This document shows, in pieces, positions 13,919-26,120 of a stretch of DNA of 64,000 bases. The notes beneath the pieces were generated by a model. That model had not been told where the DNA came from, did no database searches, and saw nothing but the letters and a program-made list of their open reading frames with translations. Made by a program: the position numbers and the translations under genes. The stretch is from the human T2T-CHM13v2.0 reference genome, Homo sapiens. The stretch lies in assembly GCF_009914755.1 (NCBI RefSeq), contig NC_060936.1; one strand, written 5' to 3'. The stretch's first letter is position 1; every line of letters begins with the position of its first letter.

Positions 13919-14689
13919 CTGTGCCACTTTTCCACAGCTGCTTTACCTACAGCCTGGGAGTCAGGCCAGCAAATGACGACACCCCAGGCACAGACATGCT
14001 CTCTAGGAACTTCGAGTCAGGTATTTCACTTTGTAAAGAACTTCCATTTTAATTCTATTTTCTCCTAGTTAGAGACTCATCTTTCTTCTGAGGGGTGCAA
14101 ATGATTCTTTGGAGAAGTTTAAACCTGTTTTACGGTTCAAACTCAAGATGGTAGAAACAAGTCATATCCAAAAGAGTGCCCCGAGCTCTAAGAGTTGTGG
14201 CTGCGCAACGTTTTTTAGGTGTCTCCGAAGTGTTATGGCCAAGTTCAGGATTGACCCAGATGAGGAGAGGTTGCACTGCATAGTGATGATTTGTGTTGGG
14301 GAGGAGAGCTGAAACTTTGCAAAGTGGCGTCCTGAACCAACTTGTTTTTCAGCTTCTAGGGAAATTTGTTAGGTAATTTTTAAAAAAAGAGAGAGAGAGA
14401 CAGAGAAGACTTAATTTGATGGAGCCTAAACTCCACTGTCTTCTTTCTGCTGAGTGCTAAGGGGCTCATGGTCTCTGAGGACAGAGGGCAGGAAAACACC
14501 TTCATGCCCTGTGTCCTCTGTAAGGGGCCTCTAGTATGAGGGACTCTGATGACTATTGCTGTTGGGGAAAAGAAGGAAAAGGAACAGGGGTCAACTTCTG
14601 TCATCATCTCTCCAGAGTTTATGATGTTTCTGAAAGGATAGGGAATAGTGCGTGGCCCCCACTCATCCCTGTGAGGTGCTGCCCAGGTA

Positions 14690-15155
14690 TCCAACCTGCA
14701 GTGCACATGCTCGCCACTGGCACTGGGGATGGTGAGTGCAGCAGAGAGATGGGATTCTTAATTTATTCAATTTTAATTAAAAAACACAGTTCAGTTGTTA
14801 AAAACCTATTTAAGTGTGTTTGGAATAGCTTGGATATGTGAATTTACCTTTTCAACTGTGAATTTTATGAACTCTAAATACAGATCAAGTATTTCCAGCA
14901 AAAATTTAGTGTCGGATTTGAAATGTGCTCTAATGGAAACTAGACACCAGATTTCGAAGACTTAGTATGAAAAAAACATAAAATACCTCAGTAATTATCT
15001 GTATTGACTATACATTGAAAGAATATTTTGGCCACATTGAGTTAGGTGTCCTATGTTATTTAGATGCATTTTACCCATCTCTTGTTTTTCATGTAGCTAC
15101 CAGAAAATGTTAAATTACCTATGGGGCTCCCCTTATATTTCTGTGGGACAGTGCG
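14690..15155 (+). mobile_element. hAT-Charlie (Charlie5/MER33-related) element with transposase C-terminal remnant
   Basis: MER33-like end (acaccagatttcgaagacttagtatga...gtagctac.agaaaat.ttaaattac...ggacagtgc). Frame 14819-14932 reads FGIAWICEFTFSTVNFMNSKYRSSISSKNL. Confidence 0.75.
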
Positions 15156-17162
15156 AGTCTAGACAGTGCCTTACGGGATCCATCAGAAGCATTATTGGAC
15201 TTTCTAGGGAAAGTTGCTGGACTTCAAAAGTTAGAGTCATAATTTTTCCCGTTGTGTTAACAAGTTGCTTTACGTGGATGGGTTTATGACAATTGAGGGT
15301 TGGAAAATAGGTTTTAATAAGAGTAAGTTAATTGAGAGGACAGCTTTGCCTCTGTTAATCAGAATGATTTTAAAATGCATTTTCACCCACTCAGAAACCA
15401 CTGATTCTCATGGGAACAAAAAACTACATTCGTGCGTAGTACGAATTTGTGCCTGCTGGGTCCTTGTACCTTTACGCCAGGCAGAAATCTCCGTAATCGT
15501 CAGTTTAGATTTCATTTCCTTGTGGCAAGGAATATAAAGTAATACAACCAAAGGGGAATTCCACTGCATGAAAGGAAATATTAGTGCTCGTCTAGCTCTT
15601 GTTTCAACCCTATAAGCTCCAAGTGATTTTCAGAGTCCCTCCTTCAACTTTTTTGTTAAACTTTCCAGATTTTCCTATTTATAGATTTCAGTTGTTGGCA
15701 GCTACATGTTGGAACCGTTGTTGAAGCCCCTAGTAAGACTTGATGCTGTAGCACGCTTTCACAGCTTGGTTTGCAAGTTGCTTTCTAAAGATGCAAAGAG
15801 AATTACTACCCACTCTAGTAGTTTGAACAACCCAGTGAATTTCAGATATTAAAGCCATATTCATGCCACTGTTCTCCTAATTCTATCACTGTTTTAGAAT
15901 TGCATTTTGTCTAAAGGAAGGATAGATAGAATACTACTAATAATATCAAGATGCTCAGAAACTGTTGAGAATTTTTTTTACAGGAAGAACTTAAATTTCC
16001 AGAGGCTTTTAAAAAAAATTTTATTAAGGAAGGAGTAAATAAATACGCCGGGTTCTTGAGTAAACTACTTTTACCCTTCAGAACCACTTTGTACGTAGAC
16101 TTTATCATGATGGCCAAGAGTTTTTAAAATACTATAGGCAGAGGGTATACTCTAGAGAAAGAAGACAACATTGGGTTTAGGACTGCTAGCCCCATCCAGA
16201 GCAGTTATGTGGTTCATTCAGGGATCTTCTTAGCCCTTCAACCTCAATTTCTACATCTGTGAGGTAGGTTTTGTGCTAGTTCTAGTGACATGACTCGTGG
16301 GTGTATTAGGAGGATATAGCAGCATGTAATTGAAGGGCTTTTATCTTGGAAAAGCCTTAGTAGGCTCAAGGTTTCTAGTTGTTTAGGGTTCTAAGATTTT
16401 ACTAACAAGTCAGCTGCTTGGAGTTCAAGGCATTTCTTCAGATTATAATGAGTTGATAGTGCAGTGTGCAAAAATAAAGACCGAACCATGGTAAGTAGCA
16501 AGGTTACTGTAAGGAAAAAAATGTGTCCCACTGGCCCCTTTAAAATGGCACAGGTGCATCTCTGTAGCAACCTTGACAGCCATCATGTGGGATCATTCCC
16601 CTCACCCAGGGAACAGTGGTTCCCCAATCTCCAATCTCTCCATTCTCCAGCATGAGAAAGTGGTCTGGAGCTTGATCACATGAAGATGGACAGACACAGC
16701 CTTTTGGATGCGAGAGAGGGAAGGGAATGCAGGCCAAAAGTGGGGTGGGTTTTCCTTTCCTCTTCCTTGTTTTTTATTAACCTTGTCTTGCTCCTGCCAC
16801 ACACAAGTGCAGCCAGTGCTCAGGACACTGCTCCGTGTGGAGCTCCGGAAAGTGAAGCTGAGAAGCCTTCCTTGGGGTGGACATGGGGGGAGCTGCAGAG
16901 GCAATAGGGAGAAAATAACAACCATGGCTCAGGCACTGCTTGGAGCAGTTGTTCATATGTAGGTCAGGTAGTCATCATTCAGGAACTTCCTGTATTACAC
17001 AAATAATCTCTATTTTATGGTTAAAGGTAGGACAGTGATAATTTACTCAGGAGGGAAGGACAATTAGCAAATTGATTAATAAGGTTTCTAAAACCTATTG
17101 TGAAAGAGAATCCTTTAACATATGTCTTGATTTATTCTGCTTATTTATGTCTTGATTTAAGA

Positions 17163-17302
17163 CAGTGATTCGCAACTTTAGCTCTGCATATTGCAATCAC
17201 CTGGGAGCTTTAACAGCGTTCATGCCTGGCTCCCATCCCTGGAGATTTACTTGGCTATTGGGATTGTGTTTTAAAGTTTCTCCAGGTGATTCTAATACAC
17301 AG
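17163..17302. mobile_element. MER5A-like hAT MITE
   Basis: ctgcatattgcaatcacctgggagcttt...tgcctggctcccatccc...ttttaaagtttctccaggtgattctaat. Confidence 0.8.
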
Positions 17303-18098
17303 ATAATAGCCAGAATGCCTGATTTAAAATGTTTCCTGAATTGTTAGCTGATCTTGAGTGCATATTTTCTATGTACTGTTGCACACTAATAGTTTTAATG
17401 AAGGCACAGAATCTTATGTAAAATAAACTGTTAATTGGTCTTAACTACAGGGCTACAAGAGTTTCCTTCTTATTTCAAGCTGCTTAATATTCCGTTAATC
17501 ACTGTTGTCATGCACACACACTTCTGTATTCCATTCTCATTCATTTACTTTTTAGAATGGTATTAATGCTGATGGCGTTTGCAGGGTAGTAGTCACCTTG
17601 TCAGTAGAACTTGCTTTAGTAATTAGTTGTCAGAAACAAAACTCCCCAGACTTTCTACCCATGACCACAATGAAGGGAATGATGCCTTTTCTGAGTCCCT
17701 ATTCCTAAGAATCAGGAAATTTCTATGATATTTGACAAGTATAGGTAGAAATTACTTGCCAAGGTGATTATGACTTCTGGAAAAAATTTTTTTAAAGGAA
17801 ACACAGGTGTGTAACACTCCTAATCAGTATATAAGATTGTTTGTATGTTACTTTTTCGAGTTATAAAAGGAAGAGGATAAATTCTGCCTCCTTCCCCAGT
17901 TACTGTCAATCTTCAGTCTTCTTTTGAATTAAGTTAGTTTCCCATTTTACAACATAAAGACAAGTTTAATTCTTAAGGCTTACATAAAAAAGTAATGTTT
18001 AATTTGGGATTTCTCAAATTCTTCATCATAATAACACCTTGCATTAGTAGAGAACCTTTGTTGCAAGAAGATCAAAATATTTTATAAGCTTCATCTCA

Positions 18099-18432
<334 letters not shown>

Positions 18433-20539
18433 TAATACCGTGTGACGACAAAGGCTGGGTATTGTTATCCGAATCTCTCACACAGCAACACTGAGGAGAC
18501 ATTGACTCATTTCTTTTACGTTGCTTTTTAAGTACAGTATTGTTTGGTTTTGTTGAAAATTATTTTGGTAGTAAACATTTTCCAGAGATATAAATCTTTT
18601 CCAGACTCATTTGCGCTTGTTACTGTAGGTAGAATTCATGAGGCTTTTCCTATTTCTGTTTATTTCGGAGCCTGAAGTGACCCAGGAATTATGTGATATA
18701 TGTAGAGCGAGGGAATTTCTTCAGTTTGACTGTGGTCCTGGTTGTAACCCAGCCTTCTTCCTTACAGATGGGGGTGAGGGTTGGGGTATCCCTTAGAGCC
18801 TGGTGTGTCTTCATACAAACAGCTTTGCTGGGGCTGCCTAGAGCCTGGGCCAGCAGTGGGGTAGTATCAAGTACAGGGCATTATTCAGCGGTTCTCCACA
18901 CTCTCCTCATTTGAATGAGAATATAAATCTTCTCCCCTGGCTCTCATGTCACATCTTTAAAACCTCAAGTTTCTTATTAGGCATGTGTGGTCCATTTAAG
19001 CTCTAGACATTTCGAAAAGATAAATCACAGGGCAAAACATCTTTTTAGTTTTGAAGGAGGTCTGGGTTGCAGCTCGCTGGGGTTGTGAGTCTGAGCCGTC
19101 GCTTTTCTTTCTCTTCCTTTTACAAGACTTCCAGGATATAGCCGTTAAAGAAGGACACAAAAAAGAGCAAAGCCCTCAGTGATGCTGTGGCACAAAGAAG
19201 AAAGCTACTTGAGGAGGAGGCGAAGGGTTTACGAAGAGGCAAAGAATGCAGGTGAAGGGAGGGAGGAGTTAATAGTTAAGGCTCAGGTTCCAAGCCCTTT
19301 GGGCTGCCAGTGTCTGCAGGAGCCTTGCTTTCATCCTTTCCTTCTGCCCAGGTTTTAAGTCTCATGAGTTAAAACCTGGGGAAGCTCCCACCCCAGGTCC
19401 ACTGTGAGGGAACGTACAAGAACAGTCACGTGGCAATAGTACATGCCTGGAAGGTATCTCTCATTTGGGGGGAGATTGAGAAGCGCTGTCTAATGGTGCC
19501 CTTGATACAACTAAATAGCAACTGTCTCAGTTCATTACTTGTTAGCCCCAGGCAGGGACAACGCAGATTGGCTAATTATAATAGCCAGACCATTAAAGGG
19601 AATAGCATTAATGGAGGAGAAAGCAGCTAATAAAGAGCTGAACTTGGCCACTTTGTTGTGCCCAGGATACAAGCTGCTGTTAATTTCAGTACCTGTTTCT
19701 TCTGCTGTTAGAACTAGGAAGAAAGGATTTAGTGACCCTCTTTCAAAAGGTGGATCACAAGCTTAGAGGCATTGCTGGATAAATTCAACAGCAAGACTTT
19801 ATTTCTTCCCCAGAGGTGACGTCTGATGGTTCTGTATAAATAAAGTCACACCACCTTTCTTATGCTGAATTGATGCTGCTGACCTGCTGTTAGTAGGACA
19901 TGCACTTTTATGGCGTTTCCAGGAGTGGTGATGTGTGTTGCTGAGCTCATCTAATCTCTGCTTTGAGCAAAGGCAATCCTCTATATCATGGCAGGGATTA
20001 GAGGTATAGCCTGGGGCTGCAGAATGGTGTGATTTAAATTTTCCCATGCAGGTTCAAAGCTTGTAACTTTGCCTGCGTGTACATCCACACTGGGTTCCAG
20101 CCACATGAACTGGGCCACCTTCATAGACCTCCCTGGTAACCACAGCCTGACGTGACAAGGAATCACAGTTTTACTTTCTGCTTACTATCCATGTTAGAAA
20201 TATCTAAGGAAATTCAGGAAAAAAAAAAAAGAGAGAATTTCATGGCATGTCAAGAATGGAAAGTATCTTAATTAAAATGTTTTAAAATGGGAACAATAAA
20301 GAAGTCGATTTAAGTTTTTTGCTTTGGTGCTTGTCTTTAAAGAAATTGCTCCTAATTCTAGAAACTAGTGCTTTTTCTAATTATATTCAGTAGAACCCTA
20401 GGATCCTGTGAGGAGGCATAGGGGAGTAATTGATAAAGAAGGGGACTGTGGTGTCCGTGTTTTATTTGGAGCTCTTCTACCCACACTGTAATTTATAAGC
20501 TCTAACTTACCAGGGGAGATAAGATTGTATAGAACCAGC

Positions 20540-20870
20540 ATCTTGCAGTTATACGGAACCTTTAAGTTCTCCTACTCCAGCTCCTTCCCAGTGCAAGCAC
20601 GTGTTTTAGAGTAACTGTTCAGCCTCAGCATTAAGTCAGCTTTAGGAGAACAGTAAATCGCCCATTTATCTGGAGACTTCAGCTGTTTGAAAGGCCTTCC
20701 TTCTAGTGCATCGGTATCTGTTGCTGGCTCTGTCCTCTGCTACTACAAGCAAGCCTTGAGTCTCTCTTAGACTTGTCCTTCCTATATTTGAAGACATCTC
20801 CGAGAAGATTTTAAATCTTTTTTCCCCCACAGGCCACATATATCCTTAATGCCTTCATCCATTCCCCTCT
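20540..20870 (-). mobile_element. Probable CR1/L3 3' fragment
   Basis: Highly diverged: ggaacctttaagttc..ctactcca, gttcagcctc, aaggccttcctt, ccttcctatatttgaagaca. Confidence 0.45.
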
Positions 20871-21589
20871 TGGGAATGTGCATCTTTGGGCCATTGGAGA
20901 GGTCTTGCTTGGACTGCGGCCACTGTGATTTCTGGGGGCAGACTCAGCTCCTTCTTGGTGTAGAGATCTGCCCACTATAGGCACCAAATAGATGTTGGCA
21001 GGCTTCTTTCCTCCTTACTGCTTCTATTTATCTCACCTGTACTTTTAGATTTGCTGCTCTTGGGTAAGCAGATAAGAACAAGGGAAATGTCTTCCGTTGT
21101 TGTTAAAGACAATGTTAGGATAGAAAGTAATATGTTTGTACTCAAAAATGCCCAGTGAGATTTCTAGCCACGGCCAAGTTATCATTTGCATAAGCAACCT
21201 GGAAATGCCCTCTTGGTCCTACTGATTGTGTCCCATGGTTAATGTAGATCCCTGGATAAATTCGAATGGCTACTCCTGCTCAGAGGTCATGCCATGAGAA
21301 CTTTTCTCATACATCAGATAGAGTCCCCTTCCGTCAGCTGAATGCATTTACCCCTCAGTCTGTGCTACCCATAGGATAAGCAACATGCATAAGAAGGTAG
21401 GTGCCTTGGCTTAGGCAGCTCTGTTGAGTCACCCTCAAGAATCCTGCTGGAATTCTGTGAGGAGTGAGGATGCAGAGCAACGAAATATTCGAAGGCTGCT
21501 ATGATTTTTACAAGCTTGAACCTGTCTCTTGGAATTCCCCATTGTGAAGTCATTGTTGACTGGTTGGCATTATGAAGCAGTTCAGAGAA

Positions 21590-21785
21590 GTAAAGTTAGA
21601 TCAGTCTGCACGCAAATACCAGCCACACCATCTCCCAAGCTAGTGACTGGAACTGCGGTTTTCAAGTCAGTTTCCTCATTGCGGAATGGAGATAACGATG
21701 CCTTCCTTGCAGGGTCATTGTGAGGCTGAAATAAAATAAAGGCTTCATGGGAACACATACCACATGCTCACTTAATGCTAGCTCT
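21590..21785 (+). mobile_element. MIR
   Basis: tcagtttcctcatt..ggaatggagataacgatgcct.ccttgcagggtcattgtgagg. Confidence 0.75.
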
Positions 21786-24591
21786 CTTTCCTGATTGTGG
21801 CAGTGACTGTATTTTCCAGCTACAATTGTGACACGTGTTCTGAGAGGTGTTAAGTATTTATATACAACTACCCATATGTATTTATGGGTAAAAGGACACG
21901 GAACTTTAAATATTGAGACCATCCTGGAAATTCTAGGATGTATGATTGCATAATTTGTAATGCCTGCTATAGGCCTAGCCTCATAGTTGACCCTTGATGG
22001 ATGCTGAAATATTTCTTAATCATAGGGAGAAAAAAAACTCAATGACCTTTTACAGAGATGTTTGATTGCAGGGCTTATTGCTAATGCTCTCTCTCTCTCT
22101 TTTTTTTTTTTTTTTTTTTAATCTCACTATGCAAAGATAATACAGGTCTGGGTAAGAGGAAGACTTAAGATGCTTTGACTTAATTGTATCTGCTTGACAG
22201 AAGCAATATACTGCCTTCTGATTTTAGGATGTAACCATCCAGAAAGGCAGAAGAAAGGGACAATTTCAGTTCTAAACAGGAATCCGAATATCTCACGTCC
22301 TGAACCATCTACATAAACTAGAGAAAGGGCACTCCTTAAGACTGATGAAGCGGGCTCCTTGGAAGATCCCCACAGCAACATTGAGTTTGGTTTGTCTGGC
22401 GTACCCTCTCCCCAAGGGCTGAGTGGGCCATCTGGGTAACCTAGAGAGGAGACTTCAGATGCTAGGAGTATAGTTCCTACCCATCCTCATTTTCACAGGG
22501 TACACTCATTTTTTTCCCCTTGGAAGTACTGATATGTATTCTGCAAGATGAATGTTGAGACCCAAACACCATTTGGCTTGTAAAAATTAATGGCTTAGCA
22601 TCCAGAGGGATGTTGCTTTCAGGGCAGGGGGGACACTGGACACCAAGAAGAAAGCCAGCTTGGGCCCCTATACCATCTTGGATGTCTAAACCATCTTCTG
22701 GTAACTCTCTGGATGAAAAGAAATCATGAACTTCACTTCTGTGATTTGGTGGATGTGGATTTTGCTACATCAAAATTTGCATTTGAGTCTCTGTGGTGTT
22801 CTTTCTAGCCGAGATGCTAGGGTATGCTCTTTCTTTCTGGGGAGATTCCAAAAATGTTACTCTCTGTGGCTGTGTGTACAATGTCTATTTAGAAAAGAAG
22901 ACTGGCATTTGCATCTTCTCTCAAATTCTTTACGTTTGTCTCACTGAATTTTGGAGTGGACAAAATATTCAATAGCTTTTTTCAAGTGAAAAAAATGTCG
23001 ACTTTCAAGAGTGTATTACTTTAGGTTCTTGTGTATATCTGTGCTTTCCTGGTGGCAGAAACCTAGAAAACTCTAGAGCTCAAATTTCAGCGTATTCAAT
23101 TTTTTGTTAATGTGTCTATAGCTTGTTAATAAAAGCTTACTTAATGAAAGCCAACATCACCACCACTTGAAATTTTTGCAGCCAGAAGAGTGTACTTAAA
23201 TACTTGTGTATTCAGACTTCACTTTAATAAATTTCAATAAATAGCTTCCCATAGGAGAGGTTTCTTCTGTTGAATCTGTAGAAGTTGACGACGGTACAAG
23301 CATCAGCTTTCTCAGGCAGCTTTTCTAAACACCTGCAGGGTGGAAAAGAGATCCTTCTCTCAAAATACTGAATATTGCTGGCATGACCACTCTTGTCACT
23401 GGTGCCTGCTGTTTTCCATCTTATCTGGGTTGCAGGTTTCTTCACAGTGATGGGACACCGAAGTGCAATGGGATGAAAGCATGCCTGTGGCATTTTTACC
23501 CTAGCTGTGGGGAAATGACCACTATCCTGTGTCCATGACACTCTTCCTCCTCAGGACTTTCAAACTAGGCTTCAGAAGCCATCACTGGGGGCAGTCCTGG
23601 CATTTATAATGGGGATAGGGACAATTTCCAGGAAAAGTTTCTATATCAAGGACATCTCAGTTCTGCAGCAGAGAAATCTTTGAAATTACCTGCAAACCAT
23701 CTTTTTGCAAGCACAACCAACTTTATTTCTGTTTTAATTAATTCCAAAAATGCTTTATTTCCAGAATGTTAATATTTAGTTAGCAGTAGGCTCTAAGTTT
23801 CCCAACCCCTCAGCCTTTTCAGAGGGTATAATAATAAATGTGTAAATGTGCTAGGGGATCCCCGTGATTTATGGAAGCTTTATATTGAATAATTTTGAAG
23901 AGGAAAGACCTTTTGGTAATAATATTCATTTTTTGACTCTTCTGTAATATGCAACCTGAGGGTGGGTGTGGGGGAACGTGGAGAAATGCCATTCTCCTAC
24001 TGAGCACAGACTGTATACACCTATTTTACAGGGAAGTCACGGGCTCCTAAGCATTCAGTTTAAAAATGAGCAGAATTAGATGGGTACCCTTCATTGGCCC
24101 TTCATGGCTAGGGGAGAAATGGGAGAGGGAACGCAGCTCATTTTGGCTTCAGTCCTTACGCTTTCAAGAGACAACCCTACTCCATACTTCATTATTTTTT
24201 TTAAAGCTTTCTATAATGGTTGGTGAAATTTACATTTCAACTCTTGCCTACAACAGTTTTCTGCCTTATTTTCTCTTCCCAGCGCTTTGTGCCGCCTCCT
24301 TGACAACCTGCTCATAGGTATTACAATTGGCCTCAGAAATTGCAGTGCTTCCCTTTTGTTCAGCTGGTTGGCTTGATAGGTTGTATCTGCAAATTTGAGA
24401 GCAGCGTGTTTTATTTTTTACGGCATCTAAACAATAATGTAACCACATCACGGCATTCTGAGTCACATCATTGACCTCCACCAGCAGTTTATCCCCCTAC
24501 AACACTTGAATACATTAATATCACTGTCTGTAGCATTTTAATTTAATTAGAGCAGCGGTTATAATCCTCTTGGGAAAATCGTTATCCCCCC

Positions 24592-24594
<3 letters not shown>

Positions 24595-24654
<60 letters not shown>
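24595..24654. repeat. Perfect (AC)30 microsatellite (possibly the intragenic marker D12S89)
   Basis: 60-nt uninterrupted AC run. Marker identity is from memory and unverified. Confidence 0.95.
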
Positions 24655-24656
<2 letters not shown>

Positions 24657-26096
24657 CTACTCCCCATAATGTTAAAAGAAAGAAAGCAGCTCTGGTTTTC
24701 ATCTGTCTGACAATTTGCTTTAGAGGTGGGACTCTCACCACCACCCCCTCCTTTGTTGGGGTCGCACCAGAGAAGCAGTTGTGAGAGTAAAGAGGTTCCC
24801 TTTATTTGGGAAATTAGACGTTAGTGTCCTTAAACTTCTCTGTCTAGATGTCTCCATCTGAGATAGTGGTATTTGGTTAATTTTTCCAATTGCTGATAGT
24901 CTGCTGATGTGCCAGGGTAGATGTTAAGTGCGAGGTTATTGCAATAGAGTGAAAAATGAGCACTGTGAGAGTCAACCTAGAGATTCACAAAAAGAGAGAC
25001 AAAAGGAGTCTCTGTAGTGTGGGATTCCCAAGAGTGTGTTTTGTTCTCCTTGGAACAGAGCCCACTCACTGTACAGCATCCTTTTGGGGTCCCCAAGTGC
25101 TCTGCAGCCACCAAGCCCAGAGTTACCTTAGGTGTGCCATGGCTACTAGAAGAGTGCTCGGGGCCCTAGAAGCACATTGTGCATTTGTCCGTCTTGGTCA
25201 AGGTAACCTCTCTTGTTGCTGACAAGTCTCTTCATTGAGCCTTTGAAAAAGAGCTTATGGTGTGGAAAACTGTCCTCCAGCTGAGTAGAAACCATCATCA
25301 GGAATGTGAGGAGATCAGTGGGCCACAGTCTCTTCATCTCTGGCCTTCCTTTTATAAGTTTTCATCATGAAATAGCAGTTGTCTCCATCTAAAATTGTTT
25401 GGACGGGGTTTGCGGGGGATGGCGTCAGATCCCAGAGCAGGTGCAGAAGTGTGGTGTTTCACCGTAAGGTCAGGGAACCATGTAGAAGTGAAAGCACACC
25501 AAGGGGTTACTTTTAAAGAGAGCACAGTTGAAAGGAAGGTCCAAAGCAATGATAATTTAGTAAATTACAGTATATACACTTTCAGGGTAATAGCTAGCCA
25601 GACTCTTTTGTCAGCTGGCTGGGGATGGAGTTCCTAAGAAATGAAGTCCAGTCAGCATGGAGGGCCGGGTTTCTCCCAGCTTGCCTTGGTGGAGTTGGGG
25701 CAGGCGGGGATGAGGCGGCCTCACTCTCATGGACTAGCCAGAGTGTCTTGTGAGTTTCTCTTTGCTTCAAGGGAAAGAAGAGTCATTGAATTTCGAAATG
25801 CTGTCTTGTTTTTTTCTTGCACTCATGAAGCACCATTTGAAGACCCTTTGGCTGCCCGATGTTTTCTTCACCAAGTTTCACTTCTGCAAAAACCCTAACA
25901 AAACAGAAAGCTATTTCCGAGAATAAAGTTAACGGTAGATATCTAGACATATAGTGGGATTTGGGGGGTGTCAGACAAGAGTTGAAGAGTATGGAGAATT
26001 TGTTAAATTCTAAAAACAGACTGTTTGAAATGCTCAGAAGCCCACCTCACCTTTAAAAACCTCTGAACAGATTTTATGTTTCCTATATGTGTGGGC

Positions 26097-26120
26097 TTTT
26101 TTTTTTTTTTTTTTTTTTTT
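26097..26120. repeat. Poly(T)24 tract
   Basis: Read directly. Confidence 0.9.

Noticed and set aside
17121-17159. 14-bp direct repeat TATGTCTTGATTTA (also short duplications near 10670 and 44890)
   Set aside because: Only two copies; ordinary slippage, not a CRISPR-like or structured array.
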